From NCBI GenBank assembly GCA_016875735.1, contig VGOW01000015.1, positions 2,311 through 66,310 of the forward strand: a stretch of 64,000 nt of DNA. Reading direction: 5' to 3'. Under the pieces are notes generated by a model. That model did no database searches, was not told the origin of the DNA, and saw only the letters and a list, made by a program, of their open reading frames with translations. Source of the DNA: Chloroflexota bacterium (GTDB lineage Bacteria > Chloroflexota > Anaerolineae > Anaerolineales > VGOW01). Of the stretch, positions 26,476 to 34,046 are shown piece after piece; position 1 is the stretch's first letter, and the number at the start of each line of letters is the position of its first letter. The translations under genes were made by a program, and so were the position numbers.

Positions 26476-27239
26476 GCCGCCTCCTGCATTTGACTCAGCA
26501 CGGCTTCATCGGCCAGCGTTTGGCCGATCTTTTCGAGCTGCACTTCGATTCGCCCATCCACCATTCCGCGCGCGGCCTTCACCACGCAGCCGCCCCGCCG
26601 CAGAGTGTCGTCGGGCGCGAGCGGCACGCTCGATGTCCAGAACGGTTTGAGCGCGGCCAGATCGTCGGGGTGAAGGTACACGGCGGCCTCCCCCAGTGTG
26701 CTGGCGTGATCGAGGGCGCGGGCGACGACGGAGCGCAGTTGATCCGGCGGCACGATAAATCCTTCGCCGAAAAGTTTCACGGCAATGTCGCCGACCATTT
26801 TGATGATTTGCGGCTCCGACATTTTTAGCATCGATTCCCACCACTCGGTGCTGTCGTCGAGCACGCGCTGCGCAGTAGCGATGAGCACGCGGGCTTCGCC
26901 GTCTCCGGCAATGCGGCCCTCGGCTCGCCCGGCCTCGAACCCTTGCGTTTGCGCGGTGCGCCGAATTTCGGCGGCTTCGCGTTGGGCATTCTCCAGCAAG
27001 CGGCTGGCTTCGGCGCGAGCCACTTCGGCTTCGATGCGCGCCGTGTCCAAAATAGCTTGCGCCTCTTGCAGAACTGATTCGGAAAGGTGTTGCTCGGCGT
27101 CGGTTGTTGCCGGAAGAGTATGCGACTCGGCGTGCCCCTCGCTGTGAGGGTGAGGGGCAGGCGCGTGCGGTTGCGGCGTCACCACGAACGGCACGTTGAC
27201 GTATTTGACTTGAGAGGATTTGAGAACGCTAGCCGACAT
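26472..27239 (-). CDS. fliH: Flagellar export protein FliH
   Basis: 'EAEVARAEASRLLENAQREAAEIRRTAQTQGFEAGRAEG' and C-terminal 'GGCVVKAARGMVDGRIEVQLEKI'. ATG 27239 is preferred over the TTG at 27269. Confidence 0.75.
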   Translation of the reverse strand: MSASVLKSSQVKYVNVPFVVTPQPHAPAPHPHSEGHAESHTLPATTDAEQHLSESVLQEAQAILDTARIEAEVARAEASRLLENAQREAAEIRRTAQTQGFEAGRAEGRIAGDGEARVLIATAQRVLDDSTEWWESMLKMSEPQIIKMVGDIAVKLFGEGFIVPPDQLRSVVARALDHASTLGEAAVYLHPDDLAALKPFWTSSVPLAPDDTLRRGGCVVKAARGMVDGRIEVQLEKIGQTLADEAVLSQMQEAA

Positions 27240-28266
27240 ATTCGGATTGCCCTTCGCGTTGGATGACAATCTCTTCGGCGGCTTCGAGCGCGCGCACCAC
27301 TTCCACCACGCGCTTCTGCGCTTCGTACACGTTCTTCAATCGCGCCGGGCCGCTGATCTCCAATTCTTCTCGCAAGGTTTGGGCGGCGCGGCTGGACATA
27401 TTCCTGAAGATCAAGTTGCGAACTTCCTCGCTTGCACCCTTGAGAGCCATGAGCAGGTCTTGCTTGTTCACGTCGCGCAGGATGCGCTGCACCGAACGGT
27501 CGTCGAGTTTGACAAGGTCTTCGAAGGTGAACATCTTTGAGCGCACATCTTCGGCCAACTGCGGGTTGCTGCTTTCCAACCCCTGCAGAATGCTTTTCTC
27601 GGTGCCCCGGTCAACCTGATTGAGAATCTTGATGAGGAAGGTGACGCCGCCAGCAGTCGGCATATCTACCGGGCTGACGACTGCCGAGAGTTTTCGCTCC
27701 AGGCCCTTTTCCACTTGCGAGACTACTTGCGGGCTGATGCGATCCATTCGGGCGATGCGCAGGGCCACTTCGCCGCGCATTTGCTCCGGCAGGGCGGCCA
27801 TCACTGCTCCGGCCTGTTTGGGTTCGAGATACGACATCACCACCGAGATCGTCTGCGGGTGCTCGTCCTGCAAAAACCCGGCCACTTGGGCCGGATCAGC
27901 GGCGCGGACAAAATCGAACGACGTCAGTTGATGCGCAGTGATGCGCTCCAAAATTTCGGAGCCGCGGCGCTGGCCCACAGCGCGCGAGAGGAGCTGCTTG
28001 GCGTATTCGATGCCGCCCACCTGCAAGCTCTCGGCGGCGTCCATCAGATTCAACGCTTCCATCATCACGTTGAACCGCAGATCGGGCTGCACCGGTCCGA
28101 GGCTGGAGAGCGAGAGCATCACTTTTTCGAGATGCTCTTCGGAAACATACTTGAGCACCTCCGCCGAATGCTCCACGCCCATGCTGGCGAGGAAGATGGC
28201 GGCCTTCTGCTCGCCCGTTAGGACGATGCCGGGGGCGGCGATGGGTTCGCTACTTTCGTTGGGCAT
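27229..28266 (-). CDS. fliG: Flagellar motor switch protein FliG
   Basis: 'LTGEQKAAIFLASMGVEHSAEVLKYVSEEHLEKV','MFTFEDLVKLDDRSVQRILRDV','MSSRAAQTLREELE'. Confidence 0.92.
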   Translation of the reverse strand: MPNESSEPIAAPGIVLTGEQKAAIFLASMGVEHSAEVLKYVSEEHLEKVMLSLSSLGPVQPDLRFNVMMEALNLMDAAESLQVGGIEYAKQLLSRAVGQRRGSEILERITAHQLTSFDFVRAADPAQVAGFLQDEHPQTISVVMSYLEPKQAGAVMAALPEQMRGEVALRIARMDRISPQVVSQVEKGLERKLSAVVSPVDMPTAGGVTFLIKILNQVDRGTEKSILQGLESSNPQLAEDVRSKMFTFEDLVKLDDRSVQRILRDVNKQDLLMALKGASEEVRNLIFRNMSSRAAQTLREELEISGPARLKNVYEAQKRVVEVVRALEAAEEIVIQREGQSEYVG

Positions 28267-29980
28267 CTTCGTCTAACCAGAGGCGGATGATTTCGGCGGC
28301 AATGGACGGGCGCTGTTCGATGGCTTTGCTCAGCGCCTTCTGCGTGCGCTCGGCTTCGGGCGACATGTGCTGCAGTGGATGCGGCACGTAAACCGGTATG
28401 GCGGGCGCGGGTGTTGCCGCAGGCGCGGCGGGCGCTTGCGGCGTCTCATCGGGAGCGGGGGTTGTGGCCGCTTGCGCGGCGGCCAGTGCGGCTATAGTTG
28501 CAGAAGCCGAATCGGTGGAAGCGCCCAACACTGCCGCGGGGGTAGCGCCAGCCACTGCGGGCCGAAGAGCACCGGGTGCGCCGATCAGCGGCGTCCACAC
28601 ATCTTGCCCGGCGCGCAAGCGCAGATTGGCGATGAGCTTCTGCATGTACCACAGCAGGGCGATGAGAACGAGGGCGATGGCAACCCATATGCCGATGCGG
28701 ATCAGCAAATCGATCAACTCGGCTTGCTGCATGTCTGCCTCTTGCGCTTCGATGGCGGTGCGGTCGAAGGCGATGGATTGCACCGTCACTTCGTCCCCGC
28801 GCGCCGTGTCGATCCCGGCGGCCATCACGACGATGGGGTTGAGCGCGTCGAGCGTGGCTTGATCAGTGACGCTGTCCACCAACACCGACACCGTGAGCCG
28901 ATCCACTTGCCCCGGCGCGACGAGGGTGTGCGTTTGAGTGGTGGTCACTTCGTAGTTGGTGGTCACTTCGCTGCGCTCATAGTTGGTGGCGGCGGTTTCG
29001 GTGGCGGTGGTTTGATAGGTGGGGGCCGTGTCTTCGGGCAGATTCGACGACGCGCCCGGAATCCCGCCGGGGAGGTCGCCACTGCCGGTGTACGTTTCGG
29101 TGATGGTGGACGACGAGCGGACGACGTTTTCGGGGTCGAACGACTCCAACGTTTCCTCGACTTTGTCCCAATTGAGTCGGGCATTCACTTTGACGATGGA
29201 TTTTTGGGGGCCGAGCGCCTGCTCCAACATTTCGGTGATCTTTGCTTCGACGGCGGCTTCGTATTTGCGCTGGGCTTGCTGCTGCTCTTCGCTTAGCGAC
29301 ATGCTCAACGCATCTTCGGATTGAAACGTGGCCGAAAGCATTTTGCCGTTGGTGTCCACGATGACCACGTTATCGGGGGTGAGCCCTTCCACACTCGAAG
29401 CGACGAGGTTGGTGATGGCCTGCACCTGCGTGGCGTTGAGGTTCTGCCCCGGCTTGAGTTGCACGGTGATGGAGGCCGTCGTGGGCTTTTGCTGTTCGGT
29501 GAAGAGCGCCGTTTCGGGGATGACGATGTGCACGCGCACGCCCTTCACCGGGTCGAGCGACTCGATGGTGCGGGCCAACTCACCTTCGAGCGCGCGCCGA
29601 TAATTCACTTTCTGGCTGAACTCGGTGAGGCCGAGCGTGTTGGAGTTGAACAACTCGAACCCGACGGTGGAGCCGTTGGGCAGGCCGTCTTTGGCCATCG
29701 ACAACCGCACGTCGTACACCTGATTCGATGGCACAAGGATCGTGCCGCCGTCTTCCAACTTGTAGGGGATGCCCTGCGCTTTCAGTTTTTCAACAATGGC
29801 TCCGGCATCGGCTTCGGAGAGGCCGGTGAAGGCCACACTATACACCGGCGTGCTGGCCCACCACGTGAACGCACCTACCAGCGCCACGCCCAACGCCATG
29901 AGCGTGATGAACACAATGCGCTGAACGCGCGTCATCCGCTGCCATACCGCAACCAGTTGAGTCCAGAGAGTCTTGAGCAT
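28250..29980 (-). CDS. fliF: MS-ring protein FliF
   Basis: 576 aa. N-terminal TM, 'GIPYKLEDGGTILVPSNQVYDVRLSMAKDGLP','ELARTIESLDPVKGVRVHIV', second TM, and a C-terminal FliG-binding tail. Confidence 0.9.
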   Translation of the reverse strand: MLKTLWTQLVAVWQRMTRVQRIVFITLMALGVALVGAFTWWASTPVYSVAFTGLSEADAGAIVEKLKAQGIPYKLEDGGTILVPSNQVYDVRLSMAKDGLPNGSTVGFELFNSNTLGLTEFSQKVNYRRALEGELARTIESLDPVKGVRVHIVIPETALFTEQQKPTTASITVQLKPGQNLNATQVQAITNLVASSVEGLTPDNVVIVDTNGKMLSATFQSEDALSMSLSEEQQQAQRKYEAAVEAKITEMLEQALGPQKSIVKVNARLNWDKVEETLESFDPENVVRSSSTITETYTGSGDLPGGIPGASSNLPEDTAPTYQTTATETAATNYERSEVTTNYEVTTTQTHTLVAPGQVDRLTVSVLVDSVTDQATLDALNPIVVMAAGIDTARGDEVTVQSIAFDRTAIEAQEADMQQAELIDLLIRIGIWVAIALVLIALLWYMQKLIANLRLRAGQDVWTPLIGAPGALRPAVAGATPAAVLGASTDSASATIAALAAAQAATTPAPDETPQAPAAPAATPAPAIPVYVPHPLQHMSPEAERTQKALSKAIEQRPSIAAEIIRLWLDEDAQRK

Positions 29981-29983
29981 GGC

Positions 29984-30298
29984 TTACACCTGCATCCTCA
30001 TCACTTCGTGATAAGCCTCCACGAGTTTGTCGCGCATGGAAATGGCGACGCGGAAAGCGATGTCGGTCTGTTCGGCGCCGATCATCACTTGATGCAAGTC
30101 CACGTTCTCCCCGGCGGCCAACTGTTGGATGGCGCTGTCGGAAGAGGCTTGCATTTGGCTGAGGCTGTTGAGCGCTCCGTTGAGAGCCGAGCCAAAGGCC
30201 TGCCCGGCTTTGTCGGTTTGCGCCGCATTGTTTTTCGATGCGCCCGCGATCTGTTGAGCGTTCTGAAGTTGGGAGAGTGCCACGGATGGGATGGGCAT
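29984..30298 (-). CDS. fliE: Hook-basal body complex protein FliE
   Basis: 104 aa. 'DLHQVMIGAEQTDIAFRVAISMRDKLVEAYHEVMRMQV'. Confidence 0.85.
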   Translation of the reverse strand: MPIPSVALSQLQNAQQIAGASKNNAAQTDKAGQAFGSALNGALNSLSQMQASSDSAIQQLAAGENVDLHQVMIGAEQTDIAFRVAISMRDKLVEAYHEVMRMQV

Positions 30299-30331
30299 GG
30301 GAACCTCAAACTTCTAATCTCAAAATCCAAA

Positions 30332-30796
30332 TCACCCTCGGCCGATTTCCAGCGTCTTCAAGGCCATTTGCTTGATGGCGTTGAGCACGGTGACGTTGGC
30401 CTCGTAGGATCGGGTGGCCGAGAGCATGTCGGTCATCTCGGTGACGATGTTGACGTTGGGGTAGGTGACGAATCCCTCTTCGTCGGCGTCGGGGTGAGAA
30501 GGGTCGTACACGCGCGAGCCGATCTCTTCGTTTTTCACTACTTCGGTCACTTGCACACCGCCGTTGGCGCCCACAAGGCTTTGCAGGTCGGCGCGCGCGC
30601 CGCGCACGAAGTTGGGCAGGGCGAAGTGCGGCGCGCTGCCGCGCGGCTGAAACACAACGGCTTGCCGCTGATAGGCCTCGCCCGATTCGGTGTGGGTGGT
30701 TTCGGCGTTGGCGATGTTGTTGGCGATCACATCCATGCGCAGTCGCTGCGCTGTGAGCGCCGAGGTGGTGATATGAAATGCGTTGAAGATGCTCAT
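30332..30796 (-). CDS. flgC: Proximal rod protein FlgC
   Basis: ATG 30796 gives 'MSIFNAFHITTSALTAQRLRMDVIANNIANAETTHT...YPNVNIVTEMTDMLSATRSYEANVTVLNAIKQMALKTLEIGR'. The longer tracked ORF (to 31162) overlaps the upstream gene and is not used. Confidence 0.9.
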   Translation of the reverse strand: MSIFNAFHITTSALTAQRLRMDVIANNIANAETTHTESGEAYQRQAVVFQPRGSAPHFALPNFVRGARADLQSLVGANGGVQVTEVVKNEEIGSRVYDPSHPDADEEGFVTYPNVNIVTEMTDMLSATRSYEANVTVLNAIKQMALKTLEIGRG

Positions 30797-30807
30797 GTGG
30801 CCTCGCT

Positions 30808-32163
30808 TTACATTCCTTTGAGCGCATCCACAATGGGGCTGGTGTGGTTGGGTTGGAAGAGCGCTTGCCATTCCCACGCCGAGTCGCTGCTGCCGCCCAG
30901 CGAATTGGCCAGCACCCAATAGGTGTAGGCGAAGTTGTGCGGCGCGCGCGAGTCCTGCATGTATTTCATCGCGCTGGCCACCAGCGATGTCTGCGCGGCT
31001 TCGCTCATCGTCTCGCCGACGAAACTGCCGCCCTCGGTGCCGATGATGGGCATCTGCCGTCCCAGCTCCTCGCGGATGATCGAATCGTATTGATCGACGC
31101 GAAGCAGGCCATCGGCATCGGCTAGCGGTTTGTCGCCCATGTAGTTGTGCGCCGCCAGCCAAGCATTATCGAGCACCGGAGTTTCGCCGCGCGCTTTGAT
31201 GCCGCGCAGAGCCTCGCGCAAGAATTGGCGGTCGTCGGCGCGCAATGGCGAATCGGGCGCGGGGCCGCCGGGCGAGAGCGCACCGAATCCCGGCAGGCCG
31301 CCGTTCTCGGCCACCACCTTCGCCGCCGGAATCCACGCGTCGAGGTAACGGTTCACATCGGGGGCGTGGCCGTTGTTTTCGATTTCGTGATTCGGCTCGT
31401 TGTAAAGTTGAAAGTAACTCACGCCCATCGCCCGATAATGCCGAACCATTGCGCCGAGATCGCCGCCGATTGGGTCCAGCCCCGACGTGTACACGCGCAT
31501 GATCGGCTCGATGCCGTTGGCCGCGAGTTTTTGCACGAGATAATCGTTGCGCCCGATGTCCGCGCCGTCGTTGAGGATCACCGTCCATTTCACTTTCATA
31601 TCGGCCAGTTCTTGCGCAAATTGATCGACGACTTCGGGTGTGGATGATTTGGTGGGGATCCAATGGATGCCGCGACCGTTATCGCCCGCCGGGCGGGGGA
31701 ACGCGCTGAGGGGCATTGCGCCAGTGGGCGCAGTGGGAGTGGGCGCCGCCACCGGAGCGAGGCTTTGACTCTGAGCCTGTTGCGCGGGGAACGGTTGGGA
31801 AACGAGGTCGGTGAGAGTCGGAGTCGATGCCCCTTCGGGAATGTAAACGGGGATGAATGTCCAGCGTCCGGCGTTCTGATAGGCGCGGGTGGCGACGGCG
31901 GGCGCGTATGTCATTCCCATCAAATTGTTGAGAGGCGTGGGCGTCGAATTGAAAGAGTTGAATGAGTTATCGAAGAACGGCAGTGATGGCATCGAGTACG
32001 GCGATGCGGTTTGCAGTTCTTGCGCCATGCGAACGAGCGCTTGCCCCAACAGCATGGCGAAGGAGGCGAACTGCGAGCCTTGCCCCGCGCCCGGCTGTCC
32101 GTTGCTCAGCAGGGCGGAGGGGAAATATGTTGGCAGCGATGGGAAATTGAAGGAATCGGTCAT
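30808..32163 (-). CDS. Putative clan GH-A-like glycoside hydrolase with disordered, signal-peptide-less N-terminus (first gene of the flgC...flgE operon)
   Basis: 451 aa. About 150 aa of Pro/Ser/Gln-rich N-terminus containing 'FASFAMLLGQALVRMAQEL'. Then a TIM-barrel-like region with 'YFQLYNEPNHE' (NEP acid/base-like) and 'MPIIGTEGGSF' (TE-G nucleophile-like). Family assignment is by motif only. Confidence 0.5.
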   Translation of the reverse strand: MTDSFNFPSLPTYFPSALLSNGQPGAGQGSQFASFAMLLGQALVRMAQELQTASPYSMPSLPFFDNSFNSFNSTPTPLNNLMGMTYAPAVATRAYQNAGRWTFIPVYIPEGASTPTLTDLVSQPFPAQQAQSQSLAPVAAPTPTAPTGAMPLSAFPRPAGDNGRGIHWIPTKSSTPEVVDQFAQELADMKVKWTVILNDGADIGRNDYLVQKLAANGIEPIMRVYTSGLDPIGGDLGAMVRHYRAMGVSYFQLYNEPNHEIENNGHAPDVNRYLDAWIPAAKVVAENGGLPGFGALSPGGPAPDSPLRADDRQFLREALRGIKARGETPVLDNAWLAAHNYMGDKPLADADGLLRVDQYDSIIREELGRQMPIIGTEGGSFVGETMSEAAQTSLVASAMKYMQDSRAPHNFAYTYWVLANSLGGSSDSAWEWQALFQPNHTSPIVDALKGM

Positions 32164-32193
32164 TGCCCGCGAGAGTTTTTTGTCTACGCGAGC

Positions 32194-32226
32194 AGTGTAG
32201 CAGAGGGAGGTATGGCAGTCAGTAAA
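32194..32226 (-). promoter_or_regulatory. Promoter-like element TTTACTGACT-N17-TACACT upstream of the GH-like/flgC operon
   Basis: Minus strand reads gtTTTACTGACTgccatacctccctctgcTACACT, about 30 nt upstream of ATG 32163. Confidence 0.4.
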
Positions 32227-32312
32227 ACGACGGTGAAGGGGGAATGAATAATTTGTGAAGGGCTTAAGTTTTGGCGAGGGGTGTTCGGCGGGGTCGAAGC
32301 GTAAAGGCGGCG

Positions 32313-32975
32313 TTAACTCCCGGCGGGTTTGGCAATGATGATGACTCGATGACTGTTGGTGTAATAGGGCCAGCAGGTCACCAACGTGAGTCGCGTGTCG
32401 CGAGTGCGTTCGATGTAAGTTGAGTAGGCTCTCTCTTGTTCCGGCGAGATGCCCCAGTCGGGCAAGATGAGCCGCTCGACAACTTGAAAGTCGAGGGCTT
32501 GGCCCTGCGTATTGAGCACGATGTGTTCGCCGATGGGGATTTCGGAAATGCGCCGGAAGACTTCGCCCTGCGTATTGTGATGGCCGGCCAGCACGGTGTT
32601 GCCGGGCTGGCCGGGGTAGGCCGAATTCTCAAGCCAGCCCGCCGATCCATTGGGAACGATCCACTCGCCGCCGGGCGTCCAGTTGGTGGGGGCGACGGGG
32701 GCATCGAGGCCGATGCTGGCGACGACGACGCGCTCTGGGGGAAGGGTGGGGGCGGTTTCGGGGAGGAGGGCTGGCAGAGTGGCAATAGGCGCGGCGGCGG
32801 GCGCAGAGGGCACGCCGCCCGATTCGGCCAGCGCGGTGCTGAGAGGAACAGCGCCGCCCACTCGATGCGGCTCGCGGGTGGGCGCGGCGGCGCAGGCGGC
32901 GATGAAGATGGCGATTGGCAGATAGCGGATAGCAGATAGCGGATGACGAATTGAGGGGAGAAGAGTGTGACTCAT
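32313..32975 (-). CDS. Sortase-family transpeptidase
   Basis: N-terminal TM anchor, 'NTVLAGHHNTQGEVF' (catalytic His), 'RLTLVTCWPY' (TLxTC Cys) and 'SHRVIII' (Arg). Confidence 0.8.
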   Translation of the reverse strand: MSHTLLPSIRHPLSAIRYLPIAIFIAACAAAPTREPHRVGGAVPLSTALAESGGVPSAPAAAPIATLPALLPETAPTLPPERVVVASIGLDAPVAPTNWTPGGEWIVPNGSAGWLENSAYPGQPGNTVLAGHHNTQGEVFRRISEIPIGEHIVLNTQGQALDFQVVERLILPDWGISPEQERAYSTYIERTRDTRLTLVTCWPYYTNSHRVIIIAKPAGS

Positions 32976-32993
32976 GGATGTGCGCCGGTTTCT

Positions 32994-33024
32994 GAAAACC
33001 TCCCGAAGGTTGGGCTTCGGGAGG
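32994..33024 (-). terminator. Hairpin plus T-run between fliS and the sortase gene
   Basis: Minus strand: CCTCCCGAA-gcccaac-TTCGGGAGG followed by TTTTC. Ends 19 nt before the sortase ATG. Confidence 0.5.
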
Positions 33025-33035
33025 TTGGGTGTTCG

Positions 33036-33425
33036 TTAGCGGACTCCCGCCAATTGGAGTTCCAGCGCGGGGGTGGATCTGGGGGGCGCGGGGGTGGCGG
33101 CGCGGGCCGTGTTCGTTTGTTGATCGGCTTGCGCCCATGCGTTGCGAAGGTCGCGCAGAATGGCGGCGGCCTCATCCCATTTGCCCTGCCGGGCCAGTTC
33201 ACCACACCATTGATAAAGAGAATGAAAGCGATAGGCGAGTTCGCGTTGGCTGAAATCGAGGCTGTTGCTGAGGACGGAGAGGGCGTGGGTGGTTCGTTCG
33301 AGGTCGCGTGTCTGGCACCCGCCGATGGCTACATCGTAGGCGATGATCAGCAGCTGGACGGGGCTGGCTGTCATGATCTCTTGGTATCGGTATTCCTTGG
33401 CTTGGCGCACATACGGGTTTGTCAT
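33036..33425 (-). CDS. fliS: Flagellin-specific chaperone FliS
   Basis: ATG 33425 preceded by GGAGGT. 'YQEIMTASPVQLLIIAYDVAIGGCQ...LSNSLDFSQRELAYRFHSLYQWC'. Confidence 0.8.
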   Translation of the reverse strand: MTNPYVRQAKEYRYQEIMTASPVQLLIIAYDVAIGGCQTRDLERTTHALSVLSNSLDFSQRELAYRFHSLYQWCGELARQGKWDEAAAILRDLRNAWAQADQQTNTARAATPAPPRSTPALELQLAGVR

Positions 33426-33446
33426 GTCAATTACCTCCGTCACCGG

Positions 33447-33473
33447 TATCGGTAAGCGGGCGAAATCACTTCA
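33447..33473 (-). promoter_or_regulatory. Weak sigma-28-like promoter upstream of fliS
   Basis: Minus strand TGAAGTGA-N11-TACCGATA against TAAAGTTT-N11-GCCGATAA. The match is only partial. Confidence 0.3.
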
Positions 33474-33604
33474 GAGCAGTGTTGTAAAAACTCCATGAAA
33501 CTCCAACGAAGCAGGCATGCTCACAGGCGGCATAAATGGCAATTGCGCGGCCTCTCTTCAGCGAGGCGGCACGCGGCATGGCTGTGAGCCGGCGCGGGCA
33601 GGCT

Positions 33605-34021
33605 TTAGGCCAGTCCTTCGAAAATGCGATCCACGCCCATCTTCAGGAGTTCCTCCGGCGGCAGGGTGCGGATGACCTCGCGCGACTTGCGATCGATGAT
33701 CAGCAGCATCATCTTCTGCGTGTCCGGATCCATCTGGTAACGCAGAGTGACATCGCGCAAAACATTGGCGGAGACGGTGTTGGCCGCTCGGTTGGCGACA
33801 GTCGTGGTTGTATCTTGCAGCTGTTGCTTGGCGGCAGTCGTGGTTGTATCTTGCGGCTGTTGCTTGGCGACAGTCGTGGTTGTATCTTGCGGCTGTTGCT
33901 TGGCGGCTTCTGTTTGCCTCTGCTCGGTCTGCGCCGGTTTCTGCTCGGGCGCGGGCGGCAGGGGGGCCGTCTTGGGCGAGGCCCGGCTGGTGACTGCTGT
34001 GACTGAAGAGATGGTTGTCAT
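33605..34021 (-). CDS. flaG: FlaG-family protein with Thr-rich tandem repeats
   Basis: ATG 34021 preceded by AGGAGG. C-terminus 'VTLRYQMDPDTQKMMLLIIDRKSREVIRTLPPEELLKM' is the FlaG signature. Lies in the fliD-flaG-fliS arrangement. Confidence 0.7.
   Translation of the reverse strand: MTTISSVTAVTSRASPKTAPLPPAPEQKPAQTEQRQTEAAKQQPQDTTTTVAKQQPQDTTTTAAKQQLQDTTTTVANRAANTVSANVLRDVTLRYQMDPDTQKMMLLIIDRKSREVIRTLPPEELLKMGVDRIFEGLA
33794..33901. repeat. 3 x 36-bp in-frame tandem repeat inside flaG
   Basis: ggcg(a/g)cagtcgtggttgtatcttgc(a/g)gctgttgctt repeated three times, encoding (AKQQ[P/L]QDTTTT[V/A]) x3. Confidence 0.9.
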
Positions 34022-34046
34022 TGCGTTCCTCCTGGTAGGCTTCTCA

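Noticed and set aside
9967-32948. 15/16-nt match ATAGCGGATG(G/A)CGAAT between the flhF-fliA spacer (about 9967..9982) and the 5' end of the sortase gene (about 32933..32948). There is also a local 14-bp direct repeat (gcagatagcggat x2) in the latter.
   Set aside because: A back-of-envelope estimate gives tens of 15/16 matches by chance among all position pairs in 2 x 64 kb. There is no flanking similarity, so it is treated as coincidence.
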